A stretch of DNA of 64,000 nt from an uncultured Solirubrobacteraceae bacterium (GTDB lineage Bacteria > Actinomycetota > Thermoleophilia > Solirubrobacterales > Solirubrobacteraceae), in NCBI GenBank assembly GCA_963813035.1, contig CAWEXJ010000002.1:2426756-2490755 (forward strand). The letters run 5' to 3'. Shown in pieces: positions 1 to 9,610 of the stretch; within the stretch, counting starts at the first letter, position 1, and each line of letters starts with the position of its first letter. The notes beneath the pieces are model-generated. The model saw nothing but the letters and a program-made list of their open reading frames with translations. It was not told the origin of the DNA and did not search any database. A program made the position numbers and the translations under genes.

Positions 1-632
1 GCGGCCTGCTGGTGGCCGCGGCGGCAGCGCTGACATGGGCACTCACGCGAGCGATCGGGGGGCACCCCTGGGCGCACCGCATCCGCCATCTGTCAAAGAC
101 TCGCCACTGGGCCCTGGACCTGCGATTGTCGCTGCTGTTCCTGTTCGTACTCGCCTGGCTCGCGCAGCAGGGCGGGACGAGCATCCTGGTCGCGGGCTTC
201 GGCGCGGGTGTGACGGTCGCCCTGATCGGCGGTCCCAAACGGCTTTCGACGCAGATGCGGGGCGTCGCCGACGGATTCTTCGTGCCGATCTACTTCGTGA
301 TCCTTGGCGCCCGGCTGGATCTCGGTGGCCTGTTTTCGAGTCCCTCGATGCTCGCCCTGGCGGGAGCCCTGCTGGCTCTGAACGTCCTGATCCACCTGCT
401 GGCCGCGCTGGTCAGCCGCGGGTCCGCTCCGGGGGCCATGGCCGCGAGCGCACAGCTCGGCGTTCCCGCCGCGGTCGCCTCGCTCGGACTCTCCGAGCAT
501 GTGCTCTCCTCGGTCGCCGCCACCGCGGTGGTGGCCGCCGCGCTGCTCAGCCTGGCGGTGTGCACCGCCGGTGTCGACCTGATGGCCCGGGCCGAAGCCG
601 CCCGCCCGGTCCCTGCGCCGGCAGGCGGCTGA
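1..632 (+). CDS. cation:proton antiporter-like membrane protein, C-terminal fragment (5' end outside window)
   Basis: Frame is open from the window edge to the stop at 630-632. Gly/Ala/Leu-rich multi-TM sequence including GFFVPIYFVILGARLD resembles the C-terminal half of CPA-type exchangers. Family call by eye only. Confidence 0.55.
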   Translation, partial: GLLVAAAAALTWALTRAIGGHPWAHRIRHLSKTRHWALDLRLSLLFLFVLAWLAQQGGTSILVAGFGAGVTVALIGGPKRLSTQMRGVADGFFVPIYFVILGARLDLGGLFSSPSMLALAGALLALNVLIHLLAALVSRGSAPGAMAASAQLGVPAAVASLGLSEHVLSSVAATAVVAAALLSLAVCTAGVDLMARAEAARPVPAPAGG

Positions 633-637
633 GGCTC

Positions 638-2707
638 TCAGGCCGGGGCCGTCTGGGGTGTGCCCGGACTGCCGGCCTGCGGCGCAACCGGCGCGGGCGG
701 GCTGGGGAGCGGCTCGACACCGGCGGCGGCGTAGGCCTCGGGAGCGTCCAGGGTCTCCGCTGCCAGCAGCGCGCGGGCGAGGGTCTCGAGCTGGACGCGG
801 TGCTCACGCAAGAGCCGCGTGACCTCGCCGTGGGCGTCCTCCACCAGCCGTCGCACCTCCTCGTCGACGAGCCGCTGGGTCGTCTCAGATGTCTCCGAGG
901 AACCAGGGAAGAACGGCCCTTCTCCATCGGAAGGCAGGACGGCGATCGGCCCGATCGCCTCGCTCATGCCCCAGCGGCCGACCATCTGGCGGGCGATCTG
1001 GGTCAGCTGCTGGATGTCGGACTCCGCACCCGTCGTGATCGCCTCGTAGACGACCTCCTCGGCGACGCGCCCGCCCAGCGCGACGCGGATCTTCGCCTCG
1101 AGCTCCTCGAGCGAGTAGGAGACGCGATCGGAGTCGGGCGTCGAGAGCGTGACACCCAGGGCCATTCCACGCGGGATGATCGACACCTTGCGAACCGGGT
1201 CGGCGCCGGGTGTCAGCATCCCCACGAGGGCGTGGCCGGACTCGTGGTAGGCGGTCCGCTCACGGTCGGCCGGCGAGAGCAGGATCCCGCGCGGGGAGCC
1301 GAGCATGATCTTCTCGAGCGAGTCGGTGAGGTCGGCCATCTGGACCTTCGCGTGCTCGCGGCGCGCCGCCAGCAGGGCCGCCTCGTTGGCGAGGTTGGCC
1401 AGATCCGCACCGACCATCCCCGGGGTGCTCGCGGCGATCGCCCCCAGGTCCACGTCGGCATCGAGCGGAATCGAGCGCGTATGGACTTCGAGAATCTTCA
1501 CGCGTCCATCCCGGTCGGGAGCCTGGACAGCGACGCGCCGGTCAAAGCGTCCGGGGCGCAGGAGAGCCGAGTCGAGAACGTCCGGCCGGTTGGTGGCCGC
1601 CAGCACGACCACCGCCTCCGAGCTCTCGAAGCCGTCCATTTCCGTGAGGATCTGATCGAGGGTCTGCTCACGCTCGTCATTTGCCCCGCTGACGGCGACC
1701 GAGCCCTGGCGCGAGCGGCCGATCGCGTCGAGCTCGTCGATGAAGATGATCGAGGGCTCGGCCTCACGGGCCTTGGCGAACAGGTCGCGAACGCGCGATG
1801 CGCCCACCCCGACGATCGCCTCGATGAACTCCGAGGCCGAGATCGAGAAGAACGCGGCATGCGCCTCGCCGGCGACGGCCCGGGCGAGCAGGGTCTTGCC
1901 GGTGCCGGGAGCGCCGGAGAGGAGAACACCGTGCGGCATCCGCCCGCCGAGGCGGCCGTAGCGCTCGGGGGTTCGCAGGAAGTCGACGATCTCTGACAGC
2001 TCGGCCTTGGCCTCATCGATGCCGGCGACATCGGCGAATGTGACCCTGATCTTCTCGGGATCGATCCGGCGCGCCTGCGATTTGCCGAAGCTGCCGAGCG
2101 CGCCCATGCCACCGCCCGCTTTGGCCGCCCGGCGGGCGAACAGCACGAACAGGCCGACGATCAGCAGGGTCGGGCCGAAACCGAGCAGCAGCTCGGCCAG
2201 CAGCGACTGGCTGCTCGTCGTCGATTCGGCGTTGATCTCAACGGCCCTTTCCTCGAGCAGGGCGGACAGGGCACCGCCGTTCCAGAAGCTCGGGACCTGG
2301 GTCGCGAACAGCTTTGTCCTGGTGGGCTTCTTCGAGCTCGGCGGGTAGGCGAGCTTTTCCTTGAAATTGCCCTGGACGGTGTCGCCCTTGGTGTTGACCG
2401 ACTTGACCCTGCCGTCCTTGACCTGTTCGAGGAAGTAGGGGCTGAACGGCACCGTCACGCGGGTTTCTTGACTCGAGGGCTGGAAGAAGAAGACGGACAG
2501 GAGGTTGATCGCCAGCAGGGCGAGGACGAAATACAGGAAGGCCGGGCGCCGGTGCGGCGGAGGCCCGGTCGGTGTCTGCTCGGGCATGCCGCGTCCGTCG
2601 GGGGCGGGCGAGACCTGCCAGCCGCGCTTGTCGCGCGGCAGCGGCGGGTGCGCCTCGCTGCTGCGGCTGGGAACGGGCTGCTCGGAAGGGTCTGCCATCG
2701 CAGCCAT
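638..2707 (-). CDS. ftsH: ATP-dependent zinc metalloprotease FtsH
   Basis: Walker A GAPGTGKTLLARAVAGEA, Walker B IIFIDELDA, HESGH zinc site and two N-terminal TM segments. The ORF track starts at TTG 2725; ATG at 2707 or 2698 is more likely. Confidence 0.95.
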   Translation of the reverse strand: MAAMADPSEQPVPSRSSEAHPPLPRDKRGWQVSPAPDGRGMPEQTPTGPPPHRRPAFLYFVLALLAINLLSVFFFQPSSQETRVTVPFSPYFLEQVKDGRVKSVNTKGDTVQGNFKEKLAYPPSSKKPTRTKLFATQVPSFWNGGALSALLEERAVEINAESTTSSQSLLAELLLGFGPTLLIVGLFVLFARRAAKAGGGMGALGSFGKSQARRIDPEKIRVTFADVAGIDEAKAELSEIVDFLRTPERYGRLGGRMPHGVLLSGAPGTGKTLLARAVAGEAHAAFFSISASEFIEAIVGVGASRVRDLFAKAREAEPSIIFIDELDAIGRSRQGSVAVSGANDEREQTLDQILTEMDGFESSEAVVVLAATNRPDVLDSALLRPGRFDRRVAVQAPDRDGRVKILEVHTRSIPLDADVDLGAIAASTPGMVGADLANLANEAALLAARREHAKVQMADLTDSLEKIMLGSPRGILLSPADRERTAYHESGHALVGMLTPGADPVRKVSIIPRGMALGVTLSTPDSDRVSYSLEELEAKIRVALGGRVAEEVVYEAITTGAESDIQQLTQIARQMVGRWGMSEAIGPIAVLPSDGEGPFFPGSSETSETTQRLVDEEVRRLVEDAHGEVTRLLREHRVQLETLARALLAAETLDAPEAYAAAGVEPLPSPPAPVAPQAGSPGTPQTAPA

Positions 2708-2763
2708 GCTAGCCCGGGCCTGCAACGGGCACTCCGCGCCGGCATGCGCGAAGATCAGAGACG

Positions 2764-3561
2764 GTGCAGGCGACCGAGCATCTGGACGGCAAGGGCTACG
2801 AACGCGAGCTGCTGCGTCTGCAGACCGAGCTGGTCTACATGCAGGAGTGGCTGGTTGACACCGGCCGGCGGCTGGTGGTCGTATTCGAGGGTCGCGACAC
2901 GGCCGGCAAGGATGGCGTCATCAAGCGGATCATCGCCTACCTGAACCCACGTACCTGCCGGGTCGTGGCGCTGCCCACGCCGAATGAGCGTGAGCGAACC
3001 CAGTGGTACTTCCAGCGTTACGCGGCCGCTCTGCCCGCAGCGGGCGAGACGGTGCTGTTCAACCGCAGCTGGTACAACCGCGCCGGCGTCGAGCGGGTGA
3101 TGGGCTACTGCAGCCAGGAGGAGTACGAGGAGTTCCTGCGCTTCTGCCCCCAGTTCGAGCAGTCGCTCCAGAATGAAGGAATCACGCTGGTGAAGTACTG
3201 GCTGTCGGTCAGCGACACCGAGCAGGAGCGGCGCTTTCAGAAGCGGTTGACGGATCCGCGCAAGCGCTGGAAGTTCAGCCCCACCGACCTGCAGGGACGG
3301 GCGCGCTGGGTCGACTACGCGGAGGCCAAGGACCGGATGTTCGCGCGGACGGACACCGACCACAGTCCCTGGTACGTCGTGGAGGCAGACGACAAGCGCA
3401 CCGCCCGGCTGAATCTGATCAGCCACCTCCTGTCCCTGGTTCCCTACGAGCATCTGGCGACACCCGAGGCGATCAAGCTCCCCCACCGCCAGAAACGCAA
3501 GTACAAGCGGCCCCCGTTCGAGGGCCAGCGCGAGGTCCCCCGCCGCTACGAGGTCGACTGA
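2764..3561 (+). CDS. ppk2: polyphosphate kinase 2 (PPK2 family)
   Basis: VVVFEGRDTAGKDGVIKRI P-loop, WYFQRY and FNRSWYNRAGVERVMG. Single PPK2 domain, 265 aa, GTG start. Confidence 0.9.
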   Translation: MQATEHLDGKGYERELLRLQTELVYMQEWLVDTGRRLVVVFEGRDTAGKDGVIKRIIAYLNPRTCRVVALPTPNERERTQWYFQRYAAALPAAGETVLFNRSWYNRAGVERVMGYCSQEEYEEFLRFCPQFEQSLQNEGITLVKYWLSVSDTEQERRFQKRLTDPRKRWKFSPTDLQGRARWVDYAEAKDRMFARTDTDHSPWYVVEADDKRTARLNLISHLLSLVPYEHLATPEAIKLPHRQKRKYKRPPFEGQREVPRRYEVD

Positions 3562-3578
3562 CGCAGGGTGGACAACCG

Positions 3579-5567
3579 ATGGCCCGACGGGACAGAATGG
3601 CGGCCATGAGGATCCTCACCGAGCCCGGGGAGATCGACGGCGAGTGGCTGGCCGAGGCGCTGGGCGAGGAGGATGGGCTCGAGCTGCTCGGGACCGAGCG
3701 CATCGGTACAGGCCAGATGAGTCAGAGCCACCGGGTCAGCTTCAGTGGCTCAGGCGGCGAGGGCTCGGTGATCATCAAGCTGGCCTCGGATGATCCGATG
3801 AGCCGGGCCACGGGCGTGGGAATGGGCGCCTATTACCGCGAGATCGCCTTCTACAACAACCTCTCCGAGCGCATCGGCGGCCCGCTGGCACACTGCCACG
3901 TTGCGCTTTACGACAGGGCCGAGGGCTGGTTCACGCTGGTCCTGCAGGATCTTCACGGGGCGACGGTGGGGGACCAGATCACCGGCTGCGACATCGGCCA
4001 GGCGCGGGCCGCAATTCGTTGCCTGGCACGCCTGCACGGCCCTGTGCTCGGCGACCTGGCACTGGGCACTGCCGACTACCTCAACCAGCCCAACCCGCTT
4101 GACCAGGCACTGCTCGCCCAGCTGATCGGGCCGTTCCTCGAGCGCTACGGTGCGCGGGTCGCCCCCGAGCACGCCGAGGTCTGCGAGCGCTTCGTGCGGA
4201 GCATCGACGCCTGGGCGGCCGACCGCCGGCCCCCGCTTGGACTGATCCATGGCGACTACCGGCTGGACAACCTGCTGTTCGAGGGCGAGCGCTGCACTGC
4301 CGTCGACTGGCAGACCGTCTCCTGGGGGCCGGCGCTCGTCGATGTCTCCTACTTCATCGGCGGCTGCCTGCCCGTTGAGCTGCGCCGAGATCACGAGGAC
4401 GAGCTGATCTCCATCTACCGCCAGGCGCTGCTCCAGCAGGGCTGTGAGAGCCTCAGCCTCGAGCAGTGCTGGGAGGAATACCGGCGCGCCTCTTTTCACG
4501 GGCTGCTGATGACAATCGCGGCGTCGATGATCGTCGCTCGCACCGACCGCGGCGATGAAATGTTCATGAGCTGGCTGGCACGCAATGCACAGCAGGTCAT
4601 CGACCTGGATGCGATCGCGGTGCTCCCGGAGGCAAACGTAAAACGACTCGCTCCTCTGCGGCCCGACCCCGCCGATGAGGGGCGTCACCCTCCGGGGCCT
4701 GAGGCGTTGTGGAACGAGAGCTGGTACTTCGACGCGGTCGGTGACTCGGGCGAGCTTGGCCTGTACGTGCGGCTCGGGCGGCTGCCGAACGAAGGCGTGT
4801 GCCTTTACACCGCCTGCATCTGCGGCCCGGGGCGCCCGTCGGTCATGCTCGTCGACGCGGCCGCCCCCCTGCCGGCAGTCGAGGACGACCGCCAGACGAT
4901 CGCGACCGCTGGGTTTCGGGCGACCCAGGAGTGCCTCGAGGCGCTGCAGCGTTTCCAGGTGAGCGTCCGCGGCAGTGCCCGGGCGCACACGGATCACTCG
5001 GCGCCGCTGCGGGGAGAGGCCGGTGAGCCGACATGGATCGAGCTGGAGCTGACCTGGGAGACCGACGGCATCCCCTATGCCTGGCGCCAGTCGACGCGGT
5101 ACGAGATCCCCTGCCGGGTGACCGGGACGGTGAGGATCGGCGAGGAGCGAATCGAGTTCTCCGGCCCCGGCCAGCGCGACCACTCCTGGGGCTCGCGCGA
5201 CTGGTGGGCCGTCGACTGGATGTGGAGCGCCCTGCACCTGGATGACGGGACGCACACCCACGCCGTGGGCTTGCCGCAGATGCCCGGCTACGGCGTCGGC
5301 TACCTGCAGCGCGACGGCGAGATCTCGGAGATCACGGCGGTCACGGCCAGCGAGCAGGACCTCGCCAACGGGCTGGTCGAGCGCGCGCAGATCTCCAGCG
5401 GCCCGGACGCGCTCGAGCTCGAGATCGAGCCGCTGGCCTTCGGGGCGCTGCGCCTGGAGGCGCCCGACGGGCGCCTCTCGCTGTTCCCGCGGGCGATGTG
5501 CCGGGCGCGCTGCGCCGACGGGCGTTCCGGGAGCGGCTGGGTCGAGTGGAACCGCGTCCAGCACTGA
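3579..5567 (+). CDS. APH/EcKL-type phosphotransferase fused to an uncharacterized C-terminal domain
   Basis: N-terminal ~345 aa carries the kinase Brenner motif LIHGDYRLDNLLF and DWQ. The C-terminal ~300 aa (from ~4680) is an unrelated region with WNESWYFD and RDHSWGSRDWW motifs. Confidence 0.75.
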   Translation: MARRDRMAAMRILTEPGEIDGEWLAEALGEEDGLELLGTERIGTGQMSQSHRVSFSGSGGEGSVIIKLASDDPMSRATGVGMGAYYREIAFYNNLSERIGGPLAHCHVALYDRAEGWFTLVLQDLHGATVGDQITGCDIGQARAAIRCLARLHGPVLGDLALGTADYLNQPNPLDQALLAQLIGPFLERYGARVAPEHAEVCERFVRSIDAWAADRRPPLGLIHGDYRLDNLLFEGERCTAVDWQTVSWGPALVDVSYFIGGCLPVELRRDHEDELISIYRQALLQQGCESLSLEQCWEEYRRASFHGLLMTIAASMIVARTDRGDEMFMSWLARNAQQVIDLDAIAVLPEANVKRLAPLRPDPADEGRHPPGPEALWNESWYFDAVGDSGELGLYVRLGRLPNEGVCLYTACICGPGRPSVMLVDAAAPLPAVEDDRQTIATAGFRATQECLEALQRFQVSVRGSARAHTDHSAPLRGEAGEPTWIELELTWETDGIPYAWRQSTRYEIPCRVTGTVRIGEERIEFSGPGQRDHSWGSRDWWAVDWMWSALHLDDGTHTHAVGLPQMPGYGVGYLQRDGEISEITAVTASEQDLANGLVERAQISSGPDALELEIEPLAFGALRLEAPDGRLSLFPRAMCRARCADGRSGSGWVEWNRVQH

Positions 5568-5608
5568 AGCTGCCCTAGGACCTCGCGGCACGCCGGTAGG
5601 GTCAGCCG

Positions 5609-6727
5609 ATGGAGCACAACTTCAGAGGTCCCCGTTACACCGTGGGCATCGAGGAGGAGCTGATGATCCTGGACGGGGAGTCACTCGACCTCGCCAGCGC
5701 GATCGACGCGATCCTTGGAGCCGAAGGAGCCTCCGAGCACATCAAGCCCGAGCTGCTCGAGTCGGTGCTCGAGATCGCGACCTCACCATGCGCCACGGTC
5801 GCCGAGGCCGGTGCAGAGCTGGCCAGGCTGCGCGCTGAGACGAGCACCAGGGCGCGGCGCTCAGGGCTGCGCATCGGCGCTTCCGGGACCCACCCGTTCG
5901 CCCGCTGGGAGGACCAGCGGGTGGTAAGCGACGATCGCTACCGCGGGCTGATCCGCTCGCTCGGCTTCGTTGCCCGGCAGGAGCTCGTCTTCGGCATGCA
6001 CGTGCATGTCGGCATGGCCGATCCGGAGGAGACGATCGCGGTCGCCAACAACCTGCGCTCGCACGTGCCGCTGCTGATCGCCCTGGCCGCCAACTCGCCG
6101 CTGTGGCGGGGCACGGCGACGGGCCTGATGTCCAGCCGCGTTCCGATCTTCAGGGCCTTCCCGCGGGTCGGGCTGCCGCCGCGGTTCGACGGCTGGGAGG
6201 ACTTCGTGCAGCGCGTCGAGGTGCTCTCGAAAGCAGGCGTGATCGGCGACTACACCTACCTGTGGTACGACGTCCGCCCCCATCCGCGGCTTGGCACGAT
6301 CGAGATCCGCGCCATGGACAGCCAGACCCGGGTCGAGCACACGCTGGCCCTGGCGGCGCTCGTACAGTCGCTCGTCAAGCTGCTCACGGAGGAGTTCCAG
6401 GCCGGCGGCGAGGTCGTCGACCCAGCCTGGGAGCTGCTTGACGAGAACCGCTGGCTGGCGGCGCGCCACGGGCTCGATGCGGAGCTGCTCGAGCCTGGGA
6501 GCGGACGCCGGCGCCCCGTGCGCGAGTTGACCGAGGATCTCCTGGCGCGCCTAACTCCCCACGCCGCCCAGCTCGGTTGCAGCGTGGATCTCGAAGGCAT
6601 CGAGGACCTGCTGCGGGCAGGCAACGGTGCTCAACGCCAGCAGATGGTCTTCGAGGCCAACCACGACCTCGGCGAGCTGATGGGCGAGATCGTCGCTCAC
6701 ACCGCCCCCGCCGAGCAGCGTCCCTGA
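5609..6727 (+). CDS. carboxylate-amine ligase, YbdK / glutamate-cysteine ligase family 2
   Basis: N-terminal YTVGIEEELMILD, GTHPF and a 372-aa length are typical of GCS2/YbdK proteins. Confidence 0.85.
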   Translation: MEHNFRGPRYTVGIEEELMILDGESLDLASAIDAILGAEGASEHIKPELLESVLEIATSPCATVAEAGAELARLRAETSTRARRSGLRIGASGTHPFARWEDQRVVSDDRYRGLIRSLGFVARQELVFGMHVHVGMADPEETIAVANNLRSHVPLLIALAANSPLWRGTATGLMSSRVPIFRAFPRVGLPPRFDGWEDFVQRVEVLSKAGVIGDYTYLWYDVRPHPRLGTIEIRAMDSQTRVEHTLALAALVQSLVKLLTEEFQAGGEVVDPAWELLDENRWLAARHGLDAELLEPGSGRRRPVRELTEDLLARLTPHAAQLGCSVDLEGIEDLLRAGNGAQRQQMVFEANHDLGELMGEIVAHTAPAEQRP

Positions 6728-6728
6728 C

Positions 6729-7145
6729 TTGCCCGCGCCGTTCATCCACGAGCTGCGCGTTCGCTACGGCGAGTGCGACCCCCAGGGGATCGTCTTCAAC
6801 GCCAATTACCTGCTGTATTTCGACGTTGTCTTCACCGAGCTGTGGCGAGCCGGCGTGGGGCCGTGGCAGGAGATGGTCGAGCGCGGTGTGGACGCGGTCG
6901 TGGCCAACGCCAACATCGACTTCCGTGCCCCGGCTCGCTTCGACGACGTGCTCCAGCTGCAAGCGCGGGTCACGAAGCTCGGGCACACAGCCATCACGAC
7001 CGAGATCGACATCATGCGCGCAGGGGAGCTGCTGGTCGCTGGGCGGCTGCGCCACGTCTGCGTGTCCACCGAGACCTGGCAGAAGACGGAGCTTCCCGAC
7101 TGGATCCGAACCGGCCTCGCGCGTTTCGTGGTCGAAGGTGACTGA
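6729..7145 (+). CDS. acyl-CoA thioesterase, 4HBT/YbgC hotdog family
   Basis: RVRYGECDPQGIVFNANYLLYFD signature. 138 aa. TTG start 1 nt after the upstream stop. Confidence 0.8.
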   Translation: MPAPFIHELRVRYGECDPQGIVFNANYLLYFDVVFTELWRAGVGPWQEMVERGVDAVVANANIDFRAPARFDDVLQLQARVTKLGHTAITTEIDIMRAGELLVAGRLRHVCVSTETWQKTELPDWIRTGLARFVVEGD

Positions 7146-7326
7146 GCAGAGCTCAGTCTCGATGCTGGCCGCACTCCAAGTCCCCGTCCACCAAGGCCGG
7201 CGGGCCCGCGGCGGGGATAGCATCCCCTCGGACCCTCTCAGCAATCTCCCAGCTTCCACCCAGAGCCCGCCCAGCACCGGGCGCGATCTTCAGCTCCATG
7301 GAAACCCAGGATGCCAGGAGGACCCC

Positions 7327-8067
7327 ATGGCCATGACCGATCAACTCCAAACCCAGTCACCTTCGGCAGATGAGACTGCCGGCAGCCGCGTGCTGGTGGT
7401 CGACGACGAACCCAATCTCGTCGAGGTCGTCTCGATGGCGCTCCGCTTCCAGGGCTTCACCGTCGAGACCGCCGGCTCGGGACGCGAGGCCATCGCCGCC
7501 GTGTCGAGCTTCAAGCCGCATTTGATCGTGCTCGACGTGATGCTCGGCGACATGGAGGGCTTTGAGGTGGCGCGCCGGCTCGGGGCGCAGCGCTCGGGCG
7601 TGCCGATCATCTTCCTCACCGCCCGGGATTCGACGGAGGACAAGGTCCGCGGCCTCAGCGGGGGCGGCGACGACTACATGACCAAGCCGTTCAGCCTGGA
7701 GGAGCTCCTGGCCCGGATCCGCACGATCCTGCGCCGCACCGGTCAGGCGACTGCCGATGACACCGGCGTGCTGCAGTTCGCCGACGTGGAAATGGATGAG
7801 GAGTCGCGCGAGGTCCGCCGCGCCGGGACGGTCATCGACCTGACGGCTACCGAGTACCGCCTGCTGCGCTACCTGATGCTCAACCCGCGCCGGGTGATGA
7901 CCCGCGCGCAGCTGCTCGATCACGTCTGGAACTATGACTTCGGCGGCGACGGGCGGGTGCTGGAGACCTATGTGAGCTACCTGCGCAAGAAGCTGGACGC
8001 GCACGGGCCGTCGCTCATCAGGACGGTGCGGGGCGTCGGCTACGGACTGCAGGCACCGCCCGCCTGA
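7327..8067 (+). CDS. OmpR/PhoB-family response regulator
   Basis: Receiver domain (VLVVDDEPN, LIVLDVMLGDMEG, TKPF) plus winged-helix output (LRKKLD...IRTVRGVGYGL). ATG 7327 is preceded by AGGAGGA. The ORF-track upstream extension to 6577 is rejected. Confidence 0.93.
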   Translation: MAMTDQLQTQSPSADETAGSRVLVVDDEPNLVEVVSMALRFQGFTVETAGSGREAIAAVSSFKPHLIVLDVMLGDMEGFEVARRLGAQRSGVPIIFLTARDSTEDKVRGLSGGGDDYMTKPFSLEELLARIRTILRRTGQATADDTGVLQFADVEMDEESREVRRAGTVIDLTATEYRLLRYLMLNPRRVMTRAQLLDHVWNYDFGGDGRVLETYVSYLRKKLDAHGPSLIRTVRGVGYGLQAPPA

Positions 8068-9563
8068 TGCACTCGCTGCGGGCGAGGTTGATGCTCAGTG
8101 TGCTGGCGCTGGCCGGAGCCGGGCTCGTCTCGCTGGGCGCTGTCACCTACGCCGAGCAGCGCTCCTTCCTGCTGGGCCGTGTCGATCAACAGGCGCGCTC
8201 GGCGGTCAACGCCGTCTCACAACGGCTGGACAGCGAAGGCTTCGTGCCCCCCGACGGGGACGACAACTCAAACCAGAGCGCCGCCCCTCAGGGAGCGGGC
8301 GCCGGCGGGCACGGCGGCCACGGGCCCAACGTATTCCTGCCGCCCGGCATCTGGGGCGAGCGCCAGAGCGCCTCGGGCGAAGTCATCGGCATTCCGATCC
8401 GGATCAAATACAGCGAAAGCGAAGCGGTCCCCCCCACCCCGCGCCTGCCCACGAAGGTCGCGCTGCAGAAGGTCATCACCGTCGGCAGTGACGGCAGCTC
8501 CGGCACCCGCTACCGCGTCTATGCGCAGCAGGATCCGGAGGACAGCGGCGTCACGATAGTGGCCGTCCCGCTGAGCGATGTCGACCAGACGCTTCATCGG
8601 CTGCTGATCGTCGAGGGACTGGTGATCGGGGGCGTGCTGCTCGCGCTCGGCCTGAGCGCCTACTTCGTCGTCAAAGCGGGGCTGCGGCCTCTGGACAGGA
8701 TCGAGGTGACCGCCGATGAGATCGCCGCCGGCGAGCTCGACCGCCGCGTCAGCCCGGCCGACCCGAAGACCGAGGTGGGCCGCCTGGGCCTGGCGCTGAA
8801 CGCGATGCTCGAGCGACTCGAGCAGGCCTTTGCCGCCCGCACGCAGAGCGAAGAACGGCTGCGCCAGTTCCTTGCCGACGCCTCGCACGAGCTGCGCACG
8901 CCGTTGGCCTCGATCCGCGGCTATGCCGAGCTGTTCCGGATGGGCGCGACGACGGGGCCACAGGACACCGAGATGGCGATGCGCCGCATCGAGGAAGAGG
9001 CCAAGCGGATGGGGGTGCTGGTCGAGGACCTGCTGAGCCTCGCCCGGCTTGACGAGGAGCCCGAACGCGAGCCCGAGCGGCTGGATCTGGCCGCGCTGGC
9101 CGGTGACGCGACGGCGGACGCCCGCGCCACCGCACCCGACCGGACGATCTCGCTGGATACGGGGGGCCCCGCCATGGTCACGGGCGACCCCTTGCGGATG
9201 CGCCAGCTGCTCGCCAACCTGCTGCGCAACGCGATCATTCACACGCCGCCGGGCACGCCGATCGAGGTCGGCGTGGCGGACGAGCCGGGATGGGTGACCC
9301 TGAGCGTCAGCGACCACGGTCCGGGCATACCGGCCGAGGCAAGGAAGAAGCTGTTCGAGCGCTTCTACCGCAAAGAGGGCGGGCGCGAGCGCGGCCGCGG
9401 CGGCTCGGGCCTGGGCCTCGCGATCGTCGACGGAGTGGTGTCGGCGCATGGCGGCAGCGTCACGATCACCGACACCCCCGGCGGTGGCGCGACCTTCGCG
9501 GTCCGCCTGCCCGCCGGCCGACCGGGCGCCACGCCGGTGGGGGACGGGGCCACGCACTCTTAG
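8067..9563 (+). CDS. sensor histidine kinase (two TM, HAMP, HisKA, HATPase_c)
   Basis: H-box SHELRTPLASIRGY, N-box LLRNAIIHTP, G boxes DHGPGIP and GGSGLGLAIV. Start overlaps the regulator stop (TGATG). Confidence 0.93.
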   Translation: MHSLRARLMLSVLALAGAGLVSLGAVTYAEQRSFLLGRVDQQARSAVNAVSQRLDSEGFVPPDGDDNSNQSAAPQGAGAGGHGGHGPNVFLPPGIWGERQSASGEVIGIPIRIKYSESEAVPPTPRLPTKVALQKVITVGSDGSSGTRYRVYAQQDPEDSGVTIVAVPLSDVDQTLHRLLIVEGLVIGGVLLALGLSAYFVVKAGLRPLDRIEVTADEIAAGELDRRVSPADPKTEVGRLGLALNAMLERLEQAFAARTQSEERLRQFLADASHELRTPLASIRGYAELFRMGATTGPQDTEMAMRRIEEEAKRMGVLVEDLLSLARLDEEPEREPERLDLAALAGDATADARATAPDRTISLDTGGPAMVTGDPLRMRQLLANLLRNAIIHTPPGTPIEVGVADEPGWVTLSVSDHGPGIPAEARKKLFERFYRKEGGRERGRGGSGLGLAIVDGVVSAHGGSVTITDTPGGGATFAVRLPAGRPGATPVGDGATHS

Positions 9564-9610
9564 CGGGCGCTTAGCTTCAGCTCAGCGGCCGTTCAGCGAA
9601 TGGGGCCACA

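Noticed and set aside
3750-5591. 613-aa ORF antisense to the kinase-fusion gene. Similar very long antisense or alternative-frame ORFs include 35-1996 (+), 12751-14658 (+), 21040-22335 (+), 21921-23105 (+), 25290-27173 (+), 31315-32856 (+), 37548-38792 (+) and 58559-60496 (+).
   Set aside because: Their translations are Arg/Pro/Gly/Ala-rich with no recognizable motifs. Each overlaps a gene whose product carries unambiguous family signatures. Stop-poor non-coding frames are expected in very GC-rich DNA.
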